This document shows positions 40,749 through 54,483 of a stretch of DNA of 64,000 bases, one piece after another. Position 1 is the first letter of the stretch. Each line of letters opens with the position of its first letter. The DNA is from Octopus sinensis. Its lineage: Eukaryota. Made by a program: the position numbers and the translations under genes. The DNA lies in the NCBI RefSeq assembly GCF_006345805.1, contig NC_042997.1:40672001-40736000 (forward strand), given 5' to 3'. A model generated the notes under the pieces. The model was not told the origin of the DNA, did no database searches, and saw nothing but the letters and a program-made list of their open reading frames with translations.

Positions 40749-41549
40749 ATTGCGATGACTTTCTCGGGGAAACACTGGACGTCGATGAAGATCAACTAAC
40801 CGGTCTGTTTCGGAGGACTTTCGGGGCCTATGGATAATTTCCAGAAATCTCTTGCCTGGCAGTGCTACCGAGGGACGCTGCCTGTTCGGGAAGTGCCGTC
40901 AGCCGGGCCTGCTCAATGTGCGCCTTGAACGATGAAACCGTTCTGCACACCTTAGTCCAGTGCCTGAGTATTGCTGACTTATGAGTTTATGTCGAACACC
41001 TGCTGTCGCGTGTAGGACGGATCCGGCTATCAGCTGAATCCATTGTGAAGATTGTCTCGCCGCCCTCTTTAGGCCGGGAGGAGCAGGCAATTTTTATTTG
41101 TCTAGTGGCTGTAGCGAAAGAGGTAGTATGGTGGACCCGTTTGACAGGGCTAAAGATAGACACTTTCCTCTTTGGCCAAGCCCTCATCAACTATAACAAG
41201 TTTCACTTGAAAAGGAAGTTGAGGGTGTAGCAAGTTTGTTGGAAGGTAGCTGAATATTGGAAGACCGGCCAGTGTGAAAGGGCCAAATCTGAGCGCGCAT
41301 CTGTAAAATAGGAATCAAAGGAGAAGAGCTCTTGCCCTGGTGTTTCAAGCATCCGTGGCTTTTGTTGGTTTTTCCACGAGGACCTTAAAGCTCCTCCCCT
41401 ATTAGGAGTTTTAATTCGTTTAATTTTTATTTTCATTATATTGTGCACACACGGCAAAACCCAATGTATCGTCCTGTTTTTGTCTTTAATGTTGTTGCAT
41501 GTCTTTTAATGTTTTGCATGTGAGCCCTTGTGGCTAATAAAAGAATAAA
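40747..41549 (+). mobile_element. 3' fragment of a Tx1/L1-clade LINE (ORF2 zinc finger plus 3' UTR)
   Basis: DNFQKSLAWQCYRGTLPVR and CSMCALNDETVLHTLVQC (40910-40963, zf-RVT-like); tail GAGCCCTTGTGGCTAATAAAAGAATAAA. Confidence 0.72.
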
Positions 41550-41574
41550 TTATCATTATTATTATTATTATTAT

Positions 41575-41618
<44 letters not shown>

Positions 41619-41993
41619 TCATTATTATTATTATCGTCATCACCAGAATCATCGTTTTTTTATCATAATTATAAGGATCATCGTTATGTGCGTAATATGA
41701 CGATGGAGACAATGATGAGGATAATCGTGATACTGATCGTCGTCATAGCATTGTTGATGACATCGATGAGGTATTCTATATTTTGCCACGGGGACTTAAC
41801 CGAAAGACAATTGCCATAATGCAGAACAAAATACAATGCAATACAATGCGGTGTAATTCCATAGAAATAAACAAAGAATGGAGTGTGACGTGTATGTATG
41901 CGTGTGTGTATATATAAATACATACATTCATACGTGCGTGTGTGTATGTATGAATGTATATAGGTATGTAAATTTATACATCTATCTCTCTCC

Positions 41994-42076
<83 letters not shown>

Positions 42077-43368
42077 TAGATAGACATTTCGATACACAGA
42101 TATATGCATATACATATACTTATATCTGAATACATGCATGGCTATACCTGCACTCACACGTGTGTTTATAAATATGCATCTGTTTATACATATATATATA
42201 TATACACACACATGCGCATACATATACACACACGCACGCTGACATATATAGAAAGAAAAGAAAAGAAAAGAAAAGAAAAGAAGAATGAGAAGCATACAAA
42301 CAACGATTGCCGCCAAAGATCGGAATCTTAAGAAACGACGGCAAACTAATGATTGTGCGGTTGTAGTTGTTTAACAATACGCAGAATAACTAAAATAAAG
42401 GAGATATGACAATCCCGGATAAAAATAACGCTTGTTCAGTAAAAGACATAGCAACTAAAATTAGGTAAGATTACGTGCTGTAGAGTGAAGTGGCTTCAAT
42501 TCAATTCAGCAGTTTTGTTTGTGGCTGTCATTTATTTTTTTTTTTCCGTTGGTTTTAATGCAGTATTTTTGCTTCTTGGTTTGTTGTGTTGTCCATTCAG
42601 TGTTCTTTTTTTTTTTTTGAAGATTCCATTCTTGTGTACTATATGTGTGATAATGTATTTTCATCGTTTTTATAATGCGGGTCATCACAGAGATTGTGTT
42701 AGCGATGTCAGTAATGTTGGATATTTTTAGAGACTTAGGCCATGCCTTGGGGAAGCAACTCTACAACGAAAGATATTCCAGTCATTATAATGTTCTTTTT
42801 TCTTTTCTCAGACTATATTATTCGGCGAGTCCGGCCAACATGAGGGTGGTTTTGTGAAAACTATAATTTCCTTACTACATGTACGAAGACATGTTAGATG
42901 AGTTTTATGATGATAGTGGATAATGTTCGTTGTTATCACTATTGTCCTTGTTACTGTACTCGCTGATGAGTCTTGATCGAGGAAACAGACCTACGATCAA
43001 AAGCATTCCAAATGTGAGCATCAAATCCCGCAAAGATCACATTTGCATTCCCCCCTTCAGAGGTCGATTAACTAAAGTACTCTTCTAGGACAGTTGATTG
43101 GAACTGTTAGCGTCGGACAACATGGTTTGCGGTGTCTGTTCCCGTCCTTTAGTTTCAGTATTCAATTCTCAGAAATCCCATCTTTATATTCCATTCTTCT
43201 GAGATTGATTAAATAAAGTATCAGTATTGGATTAGTGGAACTGTTAGAGCTTCGATAAAATGCTTAACGGTATTTGTTTCAGATTTTGTTTGTTCGAATT
43301 CTGCTGAGGTCAGCTTTGCGTTTCGCTCTTCCGAGGTCGATAAAATAAAGTACCACTTAAATTATTTG

Positions 43369-43540
43369 GGTGCAGCCTTTCCATCCAGCTCTTACGTCAT
43401 TGGGGTGCCGCTGGGCCAAAGGTGTTGAGATCAGGAGGGTGACTGTGTCTGCTTGCGACGACACGAGCATCTACAATTGAGTCAAAGCGTAGCGTGTACT
43501 CCAAGCAGGTCGTATCAGGTTGCTATTGACTGCCGAATTA
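43369..43540 (+). mobile_element. Degenerate Tx1/L1-type RT fragment
   Basis: GCSLS...YVI...VTVSACDDTSI resembles GCPLSPLLY...VSAYADDVT. Confidence 0.4.
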
Positions 43541-43817
43541 CTTATCATTAATATTGTTATTATTATCATTTGAAGAAATGACAGAATTCTAAATTTGACA
43601 GAATTCTAAATTTAATGACTTGGGGATTTTAATTACACTATTTGGAATTGCAGGCTTCAAAAGGTAATGAGATAGACTTTGCCTTGAGAGACACTGAGAA
43701 ATGCACTGGGATCAATTTATTTGATCTTTTCTGATATTTCATTCATTGTTATAAGTCGTTATTATCATTTCTATTTTTATTATCAATTTTACTATAATTA
43801 TTGTTTATTCATTGTAG

Positions 43818-43921
43818 GGACTTCCATGTTTGGAATGAGTCTTGGTTTAAACGCCCTGATTTACCTCCAGGTTATGATGGTTGGCAGGCTTACGATGCCA
43901 CCCCACAAGAAGTCAGTGAAG
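43818..43921 (+). CDS. TGM: Transglutaminase exon carrying the catalytic His (43825-43827) and Asp (43894-43896): [35 protein letters not shown]
   Basis: ttgtag acceptor, gtaaac donor; phase 2-1, completing the split TG|G Trp codon; FHVWNE and GWQ-DATPQE motifs. Confidence 0.97.
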
Positions 43922-46900
43922 GTAAACACATTTTCACTAATTTTTATTGTACTTGTAATTTTTTTTTGTATACTTCTTGAAAAATATCCTCCACTACTTT
44001 CATAAAATACATTACATTTCTTTTTGCAATTTCTTTTTAACAAAACAAAATTAAAATTTTATGCAGCTAATAATGAGCCTAAGACTGAATAATTTACGCA
44101 GTTTAATTTAGATATCTAGATAGGATACGTAAATAAATTAACTTACCTATTAATGATAAATGCCATGTATGTTTAAACCACAATGGCTGTTGGCTTCAGG
44201 TGCAGCACAAGTAATTACATGATCGTATTACTCAGTCTTTACTTGAACTATTTTTCCGTGTTACCTTTGTATGCTCGATTTTGCCTGCAAGAAGAAAAAA
44301 ACCATTCCATCTAAACTAGCATGGGAAATTTTCTTATAAAGAGCAAGACGCAAAGCGAAAAGCGATCGGTTCTTGATAAAAGCAAATTTCAATGATAAAA
44401 TATTGAACTCTGATGTGATACATAAAAACTAAAGCTACATTCATTGAATGAGCCGCGGGTTGAAGTAGTCTTTTGTTGATCCCATGTTACACAAATTTAT
44501 TCAGCTTCTGTTTTTATTTTCAAAGTGGTTTGTGTCAACATTAGAACCCTCTGACGTACTCATTTTAATGACTGTCCTTGCACGCTACATAACGTCTTCA
44601 CATGTCCCAGTTTCTTTTTCAAATTGCTAATATTTTCTAATTTATTTTACTGGGTTAAGGAATAATTCATGAACAAATGGTGTCAAAAATGCTGTTTTGT
44701 CCACTTGACATTCAATTTTAATGATCTAAAAATACACAAAAATAAATTAAATTAAAAAATCAAAACACATTATGTTGTCGAGCAAAGAATTCTCTTTCGA
44801 ATAACAAAATATTTTGCTAATGGGTTTTATGTCTGCATGCATTTTTAGATTTGAAAAAAAAAACGCTCATGGATTATTCCTCAACCCAATATTTCAGTGA
44901 CAATTTTAGAAATTTGCGGTAAAGAAACATCCTTAATATAACAAGACATGCTTAGATTTCTGTGACGTATTTGTAAATTATTGATTGTAGCTTATTTCTA
45001 AAATCTTCTACTCATTAACTATGAGAATCTCATTAGCCACAAAAAATTAAAAAAGAATTATTTAAAATTAAAATCGAAATTGGACTGCTCGGTGAATTCA
45101 CTATGAAAAATAATGGTTTCTAATTTAGACATAAGGCCAACAATTTTGTAAGAAAAGGTTGCATCGACGCTACCGACTCCATTACTTGATTGATGCTTTA
45201 GTTTATCAACTCCGAAAGGGTGACAGATAAAGTTGACCACGGCAGAATTTAAACTTAGAACGTATAGAGTAGGAAGAAATGCTGTAAGTCATTTTGTTCA
45301 TCACTCAAATTACTCTGCCAGGCTCTTTGCCTTTCAGTTATGTAGGTGATGAAGTAATAAGGAGACAGTAAGAGCTCTCAAATTGTCAATTCTTTTTATA
45401 GATACTATTTTGGTCAATTGTCTCAGCTCTAGTACACGCCTAAAATCGGAATTGATTTCGGTAGAATATGAACTAAGAGAATAGGACAAAATACAATGCT
45501 GTTAGCAGTCAACAGCCATGTGTTTCAGCAACTTACCCCCACTTTTAAATAATGATGAAACTACTGAGAATAATTGAATTCTGATTGTTTACTTACCTGA
45601 AAACGCGTTATCCACTAAGTGTCTCTAAGAGCAATGTTTTACAACGTTTTCACAAGGCTAGGTACCTGGAGATTTTCAAGAACTGATTAAATCTGGAGAT
45701 TTAATCAGTTCTTGAGCGGTACTTATTTCATTCATCCCTGGAGAATGAAAGATATTCTTGACCCAGACAGTCAATGTATACAGAATACAAAAACAACGCA
45801 GCTAAAAAGCACAGACACGTATTGTGAAGGTCTTCGTTTTCAATCACTCTATAGCCGTAACATAACAATGATGATATTTTCCTTACATATGCAGTCTCAA
45901 ATACGAAGAACCAAACAGTCCATTAGATCAATTCCAGTACTTGATTGGTACTCTATTTTATCGGCCCTGGTAGGATGAAAAGCATAAATTAAACTCTGCA
46001 AACTTTGCACTCAAAAAGTAAAGAGCTAGAAAAAACACTGCAAGGATTTTATCCGGCGCTAAAGAATCACCAAATCTACCGCAATATTTTTATTAATTTG
46101 CTGTCGGCGCACATTCATGCATTAATGATTCCTTCCATTGGCGCAAGGCCACAAATTTGTGACAAAATAATCGATTGAAACGACACCAATGAAAGACAAA
46201 GCTTGAGCAGAATTGATGTAATTGTTATTTGTGAATTAGCTGTAATAGCGTCAGTGACAGCTGCAATTTTACCTCACTTCGTTTTTCACATGCATGATGC
46301 TGAAACAAGAATGATAATCACAAAAATTATCATTTCGAGACAAAGGCAAACACTTTTTAAAGTAAAATCCGTTTCTTTATAAACACTTTTGGGGAAACTA
46401 TTTCGAAACTTTCCTCACTGATCTGAAATAGATTAAATGAATTTCTTTATCCTATTTTTACTTTGAACCGAAAGCATATAAATACAGCAGTTGTAAGCAT
46501 TTATTCTGATAGGTATTAACGTCAGTCAGGAACTTATTTCTAAGCATTAAAATTTTTTTTTTTTAAAGAAAACATTAACATATTCTACATAATCCTTAGC
46601 GAAATTCCTTTAAGCTATTACATTGAAAAGTGTTCTTCAGAAACAAATAGTATCAGCAAAGATCTGAATATAACAATGTATTGTTTAAAACATACAAACT
46701 TACATGCAGGCACAGACACAAACACGCACACACACACGTATATACATATATGTGTGTATGTGTATATCAATATATGTATATACGCCTGTTGTCATGTCCT
46801 GTTGTTATTATTATTATTATTATTATTGTTGTTGTTTTTTTGTATTATTTTTGTATTTATATTCGTGTAACATCGTCCGTTTTTCCGTCCTTGTTTTGTA

Positions 46901-47107
46901 TACATTCGAAGCTTTTTTCAAAGGAATCTAATGCTCTTAGCTTAGTTATTCCTTGGGGCTGGCCAGATTGGAGCAATCTCAAGATTAATCAGCGGAAATT
47001 GCGAGGATGATTCGGTTCTTGACTGAAGATTAAAGGCTTCGAATGACCCGTGCGTGTTTTTTGTATCGTCTTCTGGATGTTTTGCGTTCTTGTCCCATTT
47101 TGTATTT

Positions 47108-47161
<54 letters not shown>

Positions 47162-47748
47162 AATTCAGGGTGAATACTTAATAAATGTAAGCACCTGTAT
47201 ATGCCAGCTAGTAGCAGAGGTGAGAGGATATATGTACCAAATGAAATATGTTCTGTTTTTTAGTTCATTTGATACATATTTATATGTATGGATGAATGTA
47301 TATATATACACATACAAGATCACTTCGCTTAAGCATTGCAAGACTAATAACCTGGTGTAGAACTCAATAAAAACAGTAGACACCGAGTACTTCTACTCTG
47401 TACCGTTGAGATCTGACTGATTATTATTATAATCACTAAATGAACGAACACATACTTATTATATTAAAACTCTGAGTAGACTATCTTTCCACTCTAGCTT
47501 AATGTATTGAGTTCTATATCAGATAATATATGTATGTAAATATGTATATATACACATGCATATATTATATATGTATATGTCCGTGTGAGAGAATGTAGCT
47601 GATGACCAGTTACAGGAAATTCTGCTTAAAGGTTTGTGGAGATTTTAGCTGTCATAAAATACTGTACTTTACTCTACCTTTGGTATTCGAGGTCTCACAC
47701 GCGATCGTATATATGTGTGTCGATGTATACACGTGATATTTTGAAGCA

Positions 47749-47812
<64 letters not shown>

Positions 47813-47828
47813 CGTGTATACATATGAA

Positions 47829-48151
47829 GGCACGTGGCTTAGTGGCTAGGGTATTCGGCTCGCGATCGTAAGGTCGCGAGTTCGATTCCCGGCGCGGTGC
47901 GTTTTGTTTTTGCGCAAGAGACTTTATTTCACGGTACTCCAGTTCACTCAGCTGGCAAAAATGAGTAGTACCTGTATTTCAAAGGGCCAGCCTTGTAACA
48001 CTCTGTGTCACGCTGAATCTCCTTGAGAAGTATGTAAAGGTGTACGCGTGTCTGTGGAGTACTCAGCCACTTGCACGTTAATCTCACAAGCAAGCTGTTC
48101 CGTTGATCGTATCAGCTGAGACCCTCGTCGCCGGAACCGACGGAGTGCTCC
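47829..48151 (+). mobile_element. tRNA-derived SINE (family G)
   Basis: A box TGGCTTAGTGG (47835-47845), B box GTTCGATTCC (47880-47889); related copies at 55433-55820 and about 61600-61740 on the minus strand. Confidence 0.82.
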
Positions 48152-50895
48152 TATATATATAATGTTCTTAAAGAAATAAGGATTACAATCCATGAACAGA
48201 TATTCATTTTATCGATCTCAGAGTGATGAATTACAAAGTATACTTCAGTTTGAACTTAGTAGAAACTTTAGACTTTAGATAATGAAAGCCATTGAATTAT
48301 TCTTTAAACATTATATGAAATCGATCAGCTTATTTATATAAATATAAGAGAATATATGCAGTACCAAAACTAAGTGGATCCTGTTGGTGCCAAAGTTATT
48401 CATTTTAGCTGTCTGTTTGATTTAAGCTAAAATAAATGAAATGTAAATGATCAAACCTAATTAGTAAATCTTTTCTGAAGAACGATTTTGTCATTGGTAG
48501 TTTTTCGAGGAGTTACATGTTTGCTATTATTCTCGTAATGTATTAGGCCACTATAAATGTGATTTATATATGTGAGATATGTGTGTGCGGGGGAGGGGTG
48601 TATTTTATTCAGAAAGGATTTGGAATTTAGTTTAAAATGACAAAAATATATCCCTATAAGAACATTAGTGCTCAGCCTAAGAACAGTGTTGTTCAGCCCC
48701 GAGCAGACCTATGGTCTGAGGCTTTCTGAACGTTATTGCTCTGTCTTTTCAGACAATTTATCCAGTATGTCCTTGCATGCTATAAAGGCATTAGAATGAA
48801 ACTCAGAAAATACTTAGCTAATATTTCAACCAGGTCGTTCGAGCCTGCAATGGTAAGGATGAAGTGGTGATGATAGTAAACAAAATCGACTGTAAAAGTT
48901 AGATTTGCTAAAAGCAACGCCGTTTACAATACGACTAACGAACAACGAGAAATCAAAGGAATCTACTGAGATTGTAACAGCTTTCATTACCTGGGATCAC
49001 ATGGGATCAAATGAAAAACGAATGCAAAGGAAGCTCTGATCTTTCTTACAGCAACCGACATTGTGCGAATGGCTGTGGATGATCATCAAAATAATGAAAG
49101 AAAAGATTCTACCCTTAAATTACAATCGATGATGATACTCAAGATCGATTGCAGATGCTTTTCTTCACTAATTAAGACATGCAATTAGGATTTGTTTTTA
49201 GAGCGCCACTTTCCACATTTTTGTAAGAGAACTGTTGCATATTGAGTGAACGCCATCTGCATATTTATATACTATATTGTATACTTTGACAAGGATTGCT
49301 ATATTAGAGTTTAAAATTTCCATTTATCTTGTAGCTGTACTAAAACCTTTTTTTTTTTTTTTGCTGTTGTTGCATCCACTTCTGGGCAGAACTAAACCGA
49401 TTACATAATCTGGATTTGATTCTCAGTTAGACTAATGTCACTAATGCCATTGACACACACACACATGTAGTTCGTTACAGAATCTAATTTTGTCTTTGTT
49501 ATAAATGACTGTTTTATGTAGCTATACGTGTTGAATCCAAATCTGCTTTATGAGCATGTAGGAAGCTAAAATAAACCGCTTTAGTGCATTTCTTTCTTGA
49601 ATCAAGTTATGAAACTCAGGACTGAAATTTAATAGGTTACGGTATTGACCATACCCTTCAAAAATCTTGTGGTTGTAACTAAAGTTATAACACTATGTGA
49701 CAGCATTTGCTCACTCATATCTTACGCTTTTTTTCTTAATAATTTGTGGCGCTAAGCCCCACATTCACGTTAAGTTTTTGTTCCGTAACATACACCTATT
49801 TTTAAATATTTAACAAAAAAGTACTTACAAATATATATTATCCTAGCCAGTATCATCATAATGATGCTGTCCAATACAGATTTTGGCACCTTACATGTTA
49901 GGCTTATTCTTACATATATTTGATGTGCTGATGGCCTTGCTTTTTGCTTTTTGAGCCAAAAAATTAACTTAACTAACTTAACTTAAACATCCTATGATTT
50001 TTACCCTAGTATCTCTAATCTGGTCATATAACTTACCCTTTTTATATACTGGTGTCTTCACTTCTGTGTTGCAACAAGACCTCGAGCCTCATTGCATATT
50101 ACATATTGGTATCTTAGAAATTAGGCAAGCTATGAGGTACATCTGGGATGTCGATTCCAAAGGTGTTATAAATTCTGCCTTGTCGGCAACGATGTGCAAT
50201 TTTGATTTAAGAAATAACTTTATTACATGTTGTTAAAGCAACTACATGCTACTAAATTAATTTATTTACCACAAATGCTTAGAATAAAGATGATGAGTGA
50301 AAATAGTGTCTGTTTTAGATACATATGCAATAAATTTTCTGAACTCAACATGGAATAACTTAAACCATGGATTATTTTTTTCATGGCGCCCTGATAAGTG
50401 AGCTTATAAAAGATACATATTTCAGAGGTTGCACAAAAGTGAATTTTGTGCAGGGTCTTCGTTTATTCTGGTTGTCAAAATCTTTTATAGCAACCTTGAG
50501 GCAGACAACTACTCTAGACAAAATATAAAAGAATGTCCAATACCACCAATGACACTCAGTGAAAATGTAATAACGTTATAAGAGATGTAATAGGGAAAAT
50601 TGGGAACAGGGAAATAGGTACAAATATGATGAAAGACTATTGTTGGAATCTTTCAGCAAGACTGATCAAGTAAATATAACTCTAGAAAGGATTATTAAAG
50701 AAACTTTTTTATGTTTCTTTATAACTGATAATTAAGCATTCTTTTGTTATAATTTCTATAGATTCTAAAGACAGACGAAATGCCGCTAAAAATTTTGCCT
50801 GGCGAGTTAATGATTCTGCCAGTTTGCTGTCTTTAAAGCACGTAAAATATTAACAGCATTAAGGCAGCAAGCTTGGTAGAATCGTTAGCATGCCG

Positions 50896-52798
50896 TATTG
50901 TATAGTTGGTTGCTTTTACAGTTGTAATATTGTCATTGTTTTTTAACACTTCGTGAATTGTTTTTGCGCTGCTTTGCAGCGGTTTTGCTGGTGGTGCTTT
51001 TTCTCCGCTTTACGGAGAGTTAGCCAGGTTAATGGCAAAAAGTAAAATGTTTTACTCGGACCTTAGTGGTGCTGAGTTGTCTTCTTCAGAGGAAAAACTG
51101 ATAATAGCAGTAAAAAAGATGGACAGAGATTTAGGTGAAAAGAACTTTGCAGAAGTGATAAAAGAAAAGAAAAAAGGTGGACTTATCAAATATTGACAAA
51201 CGCGGTAAAATGACACACAGAGAGGGTGAGTGACGTTAAGTTGTCACCACCCCAGAAGATATTGTAGGAGATGGAAAAAAAGATCTTGGTGTATAAGGTA
51301 TACTCGATAAAAGAAAGAAGATTGGAACATGCGAAGGAGGAGGAAATTGAAAAGATTATGGTGTATAAGGTATGCTCGATAAAAGAAAGATTTGAACATG
51401 CAAAGGAGAAGGAAATTAGAAAACCTTTATGCTCAGTAATGAAAGAGATAAAATATTTAGGAAGAGGAAATTCATATGGGACTATTGTTGTCCATTTTAG
51501 GACAGAGGAAGTGGCAAGGCTTCAGGTAGTGACTACGGCGAGAACAAAGTGATCCTTCTACCCACTAATCTTGGAAGAAAGACTTCCAGGATTAGGGTAG
51601 AAGGAATCCCGCCAGATATAGATGTGGCTTGGGTTGCGGCAGCAGTCCTCTTCGGAAATAAGGAGGAGGTGACCGTCATCTAGGCTACAGAAATAGAAGG
51701 AACAAAATGGAAAGGCAAGGCGCTAGGCCTAATAGTTCAAGCGGAAATGGAAACGCTGGAAGGACTCGTAGAAACGGTGTCGATCGGAGAGTCGTTGCTA
51801 AGAGTGTGGGAGGAGGGAAGAGTCCCTCGTTGTTTTAAATGTGGCCAGAAGGGCCACATTAGGGCACACTGTGCCACACAGAAAACAACAGAACTACGTT
51901 CTGAGATCAAATTCCGCCGAGGTCGACTTTACCTCTCATCCTTTCGGGGTCGATTAAATAAGTACCAGTTACGCACTGGGGTCGATATAATCGACTTGAT
52001 CCGTTTGTCTGTCTTTGTTTGTCCGCTCTGTGTGTAGCCCCTTGTGGGCAATAAAGAAATAAGAAAACAACAGAAAGAGAGGAAAAGGAGCCAGAAAAAT
52101 ACAGGAGGAGATATTGGAGGAATCACAGTGAATGGAGGAAGTATAGACAGTAGTTGGGAAAAAGAGAAAGAAAGGACAGAACGAAATGGAACCCCAAACC
52201 GCCCCCATCCCACCCACACCCGCTCAGTCCCACCCTCTACTTGCAGACACCAAACTCACCCATTCCTCTCCTTTACAAAACAAAAAGAAAACAGACATCA
52301 CAGGATTTACAAAAGCCCCCTCCCCGTGAGAATAATTGTTTGTTTGTTGATAGAGGAGACAGAAAAGGATTTGATTTATGAAGTTAAGAAGTGGAAAACG
52401 GCAAAATTTGTGAACATAGAGGGATACACAACCATTGTAGGATGGCAATTGTGTGTACTGGTGACTCAAAGCCAAAAAGATGTGATATCCAAGTACAAAA
52501 AGGGAGTTATATGTTGGAGACTGTACGCGGTCTTAAAAAAGTTAACGGATAGTACGAGGTACAACGACTTAATAAAGGAGCATGGAGTGGATATAGTAAG
52601 GGACGCGCCTTATAAATGGTAAAAGGAAGAAATGAGACTGCTTGATGGGGCAAGTAGTCCATTTTCATATTCATTTCATTGTTATCATGCATGTACATCA
52701 TACGTTTTTAATTTTAATTTTTATAGTTATTTAATTGTCTGTCCCCTCGTGTGTTCTACTAATATCTGTGTATACCCTTTATGGGAAATAAAGAAATA
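50896..52798 (+). mobile_element. ORF1-only (HAL1-like) Tx1/L1-type element with an 18-bp TSD, inserted in a SINE head
   Basis: TSD AGAATCGTTAGCATGCCG (50878-50895) / AGAATCGCTAGCATGCCG (52799-52816); decayed gag-like ORF from ATG 51032 with CCHC knuckle CFKCGQKGHIRAHC (51831-51872); no RT motifs seen; tail ...AATAAAGAAATA. Confidence 0.72.
51894..52061 (+). mobile_element. 5'-truncated SINE family C tail-1 nested in the ORF1-only element
   Basis: 14-bp perfect TSD AGAAAACAACAGAA (51880-51893, 52062-52075). Confidence 0.88.
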
Positions 52799-53327
52799 AG
52801 AATCGCTAGCATGCCGGGTAAAATCCTTATTGACATTTCTTCCGTCTTTACGCTCTGAGTTCAAATCCTGCCAAGGTCAAGTTTGTCGTTCATCCTTTCG
52901 GGGTCGACAAAATATGTACCATCCGAGCACTGAGGGCGGTGCGAACGATTAGCACCCGGCTCCATAATTTCTGGCCCTGTACCAAACTTTGAAATCAATA
53001 TATTAACAGCGAAATTATAGCTAATCATTAACCAATTAGATAGGATAACAAGGTCAGAAATATACTTCTAAGTATATTTCTACAATGTAAGCGTTATCTA
53101 AAATTCTTAATTTCAACGCGCGTGTCTGCAACCATATATATAGATGTGTGCCATATATTCGAAAACTAATGGTATATTTGAAATCGTGTTTGAAATATGC
53201 AGAGAATTTTTTAGATTATTTTTTGCCAGTGTTATCGATTTGTTTAGAATATTTGCAACAATATTTAATATCATTTCCTTTGCTATCTATTTTTTTTTGT
53301 ATTAATTCATTTTTTTTTTCTTTGCAG

Positions 53328-53570
53328 GTGTCTTCACATGTGGCCCTGCTCCGGTTAAAGGTATAAGGGAAGGCGATCTCCATTTAGGATATGACACAAA
53401 ATTCCTGTTTTCTGAAATCCATGGAGACCGTGTTCACTGGGTGTTGGATTCTATGGGAAACATGACACCCTTTGCAGTCGAGAAGAATGCTGTCGGTCGT
53501 TCTATCAGCACGAAAGCAGTAAATACAATTTCTAGGGATGATTTGACTCAACATTACAAGTATCCGGACG
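53328..53570 (+). CDS. TGM: Transglutaminase exon (GVFTCGPAPVKGIREG...YDTKFLFSEIHGD...ISTKAV...HYKYPD)
   Basis: long T tract plus tttgcag acceptor, gtgagt donor; phase 1-1; CGPAPV, ISTKAV and YKYP motifs. Confidence 0.96.
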
Positions 53571-53609
53571 GTGAGTTCTTATTACTAAGTGCAAGCACAC
53601 TGCCCTTTT

Positions 53610-53677
<68 letters not shown>

Positions 53678-54483
53678 CCTCTTTTTCTTTCCTCTCTTTC
53701 TCTCTCTCGTGATTTTTTTCTTCTTGATTAACGTATTATATACCGTATCACAGTAATAAATACTAACATTGAAAAGAAAAATAGAAAAAAGAAAATAAAG
53801 TTAGATATTCTTATCTCGTGACTCATCAATTCCTATTCTTCTGGGAATACTGTAGCTTTTGCCATTATGTTTAGATGAATGAGATTCTGTTTCTACTTGG
53901 ACGGCAGCCAGTCTGCAATTGGATGTAATCCTAAAACGCGCTGGCACTTCTGAATCTCTCTTCTATATGCAAAGGTACACGTTATTGAGGTACACAACAT
54001 AAGCTAATAGTTTAGACACAGTTGTTACGATTTTTTTTATAATGCACGCTAGTAATTTCTAACGCAAATGAAATTTGAGTGGTAGTTGATCTGAGCTATA
54101 TTATCTGCAAGGACTACTTAGAGATTAATGGCATTGAAGATTTGTCAGAATGGAAGTATATCAATAAAGTTGATATTAAATTGTTTAGCTCTCGGCCAGC
54201 CCTGTGTAATCAGGGCTGACCGAGATATAAATATCTAAGGCTTTCCTGACTATCCCGCCTTCACTTCAGACAAAATACATCTAGAGTACCTTTCCTTTTT
54301 ACAAAATAGTAAGAAGGGATTTGAGAGAGATTTAGCTACTGTTTATAGTCGTTCGAGAGTCAATTCGACACCACCTTCTTGGCTCGTATAAAGTGGATTT
54401 TCTTTGATATACTCGCTTCCTATAAATCAAGCACAAATGATCTGAATCTTTTGAAATTTAAATTCTCTTTATTTCGTTAACAG

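Noticed and set aside
42963-42990. CTGATGA...GAAAC hammerhead look-alike
   Set aside because: Stem II has only 2 bp, there is no helix III/NUH or stem I partner, and it lies in an old SINE-like repeat.
22289-43817. Mutually exclusive duplicate transglutaminase exons in the large introns
   Set aside because: No second copy of any core motif (GQCW, SAHD, HVWNE, DATPQE) was seen by eye; a tBLASTn self-search would be decisive.
47829-47900. tRNA gene candidate (A and B boxes)
   Set aside because: Continues into a SINE body repeated elsewhere in the window; no complete cloverleaf evident.
52044-52622. 192-aa ORF as an independent gene
   Set aside because: Starts within a SINE tail and lies inside the TSD-bounded retroelement remnant.
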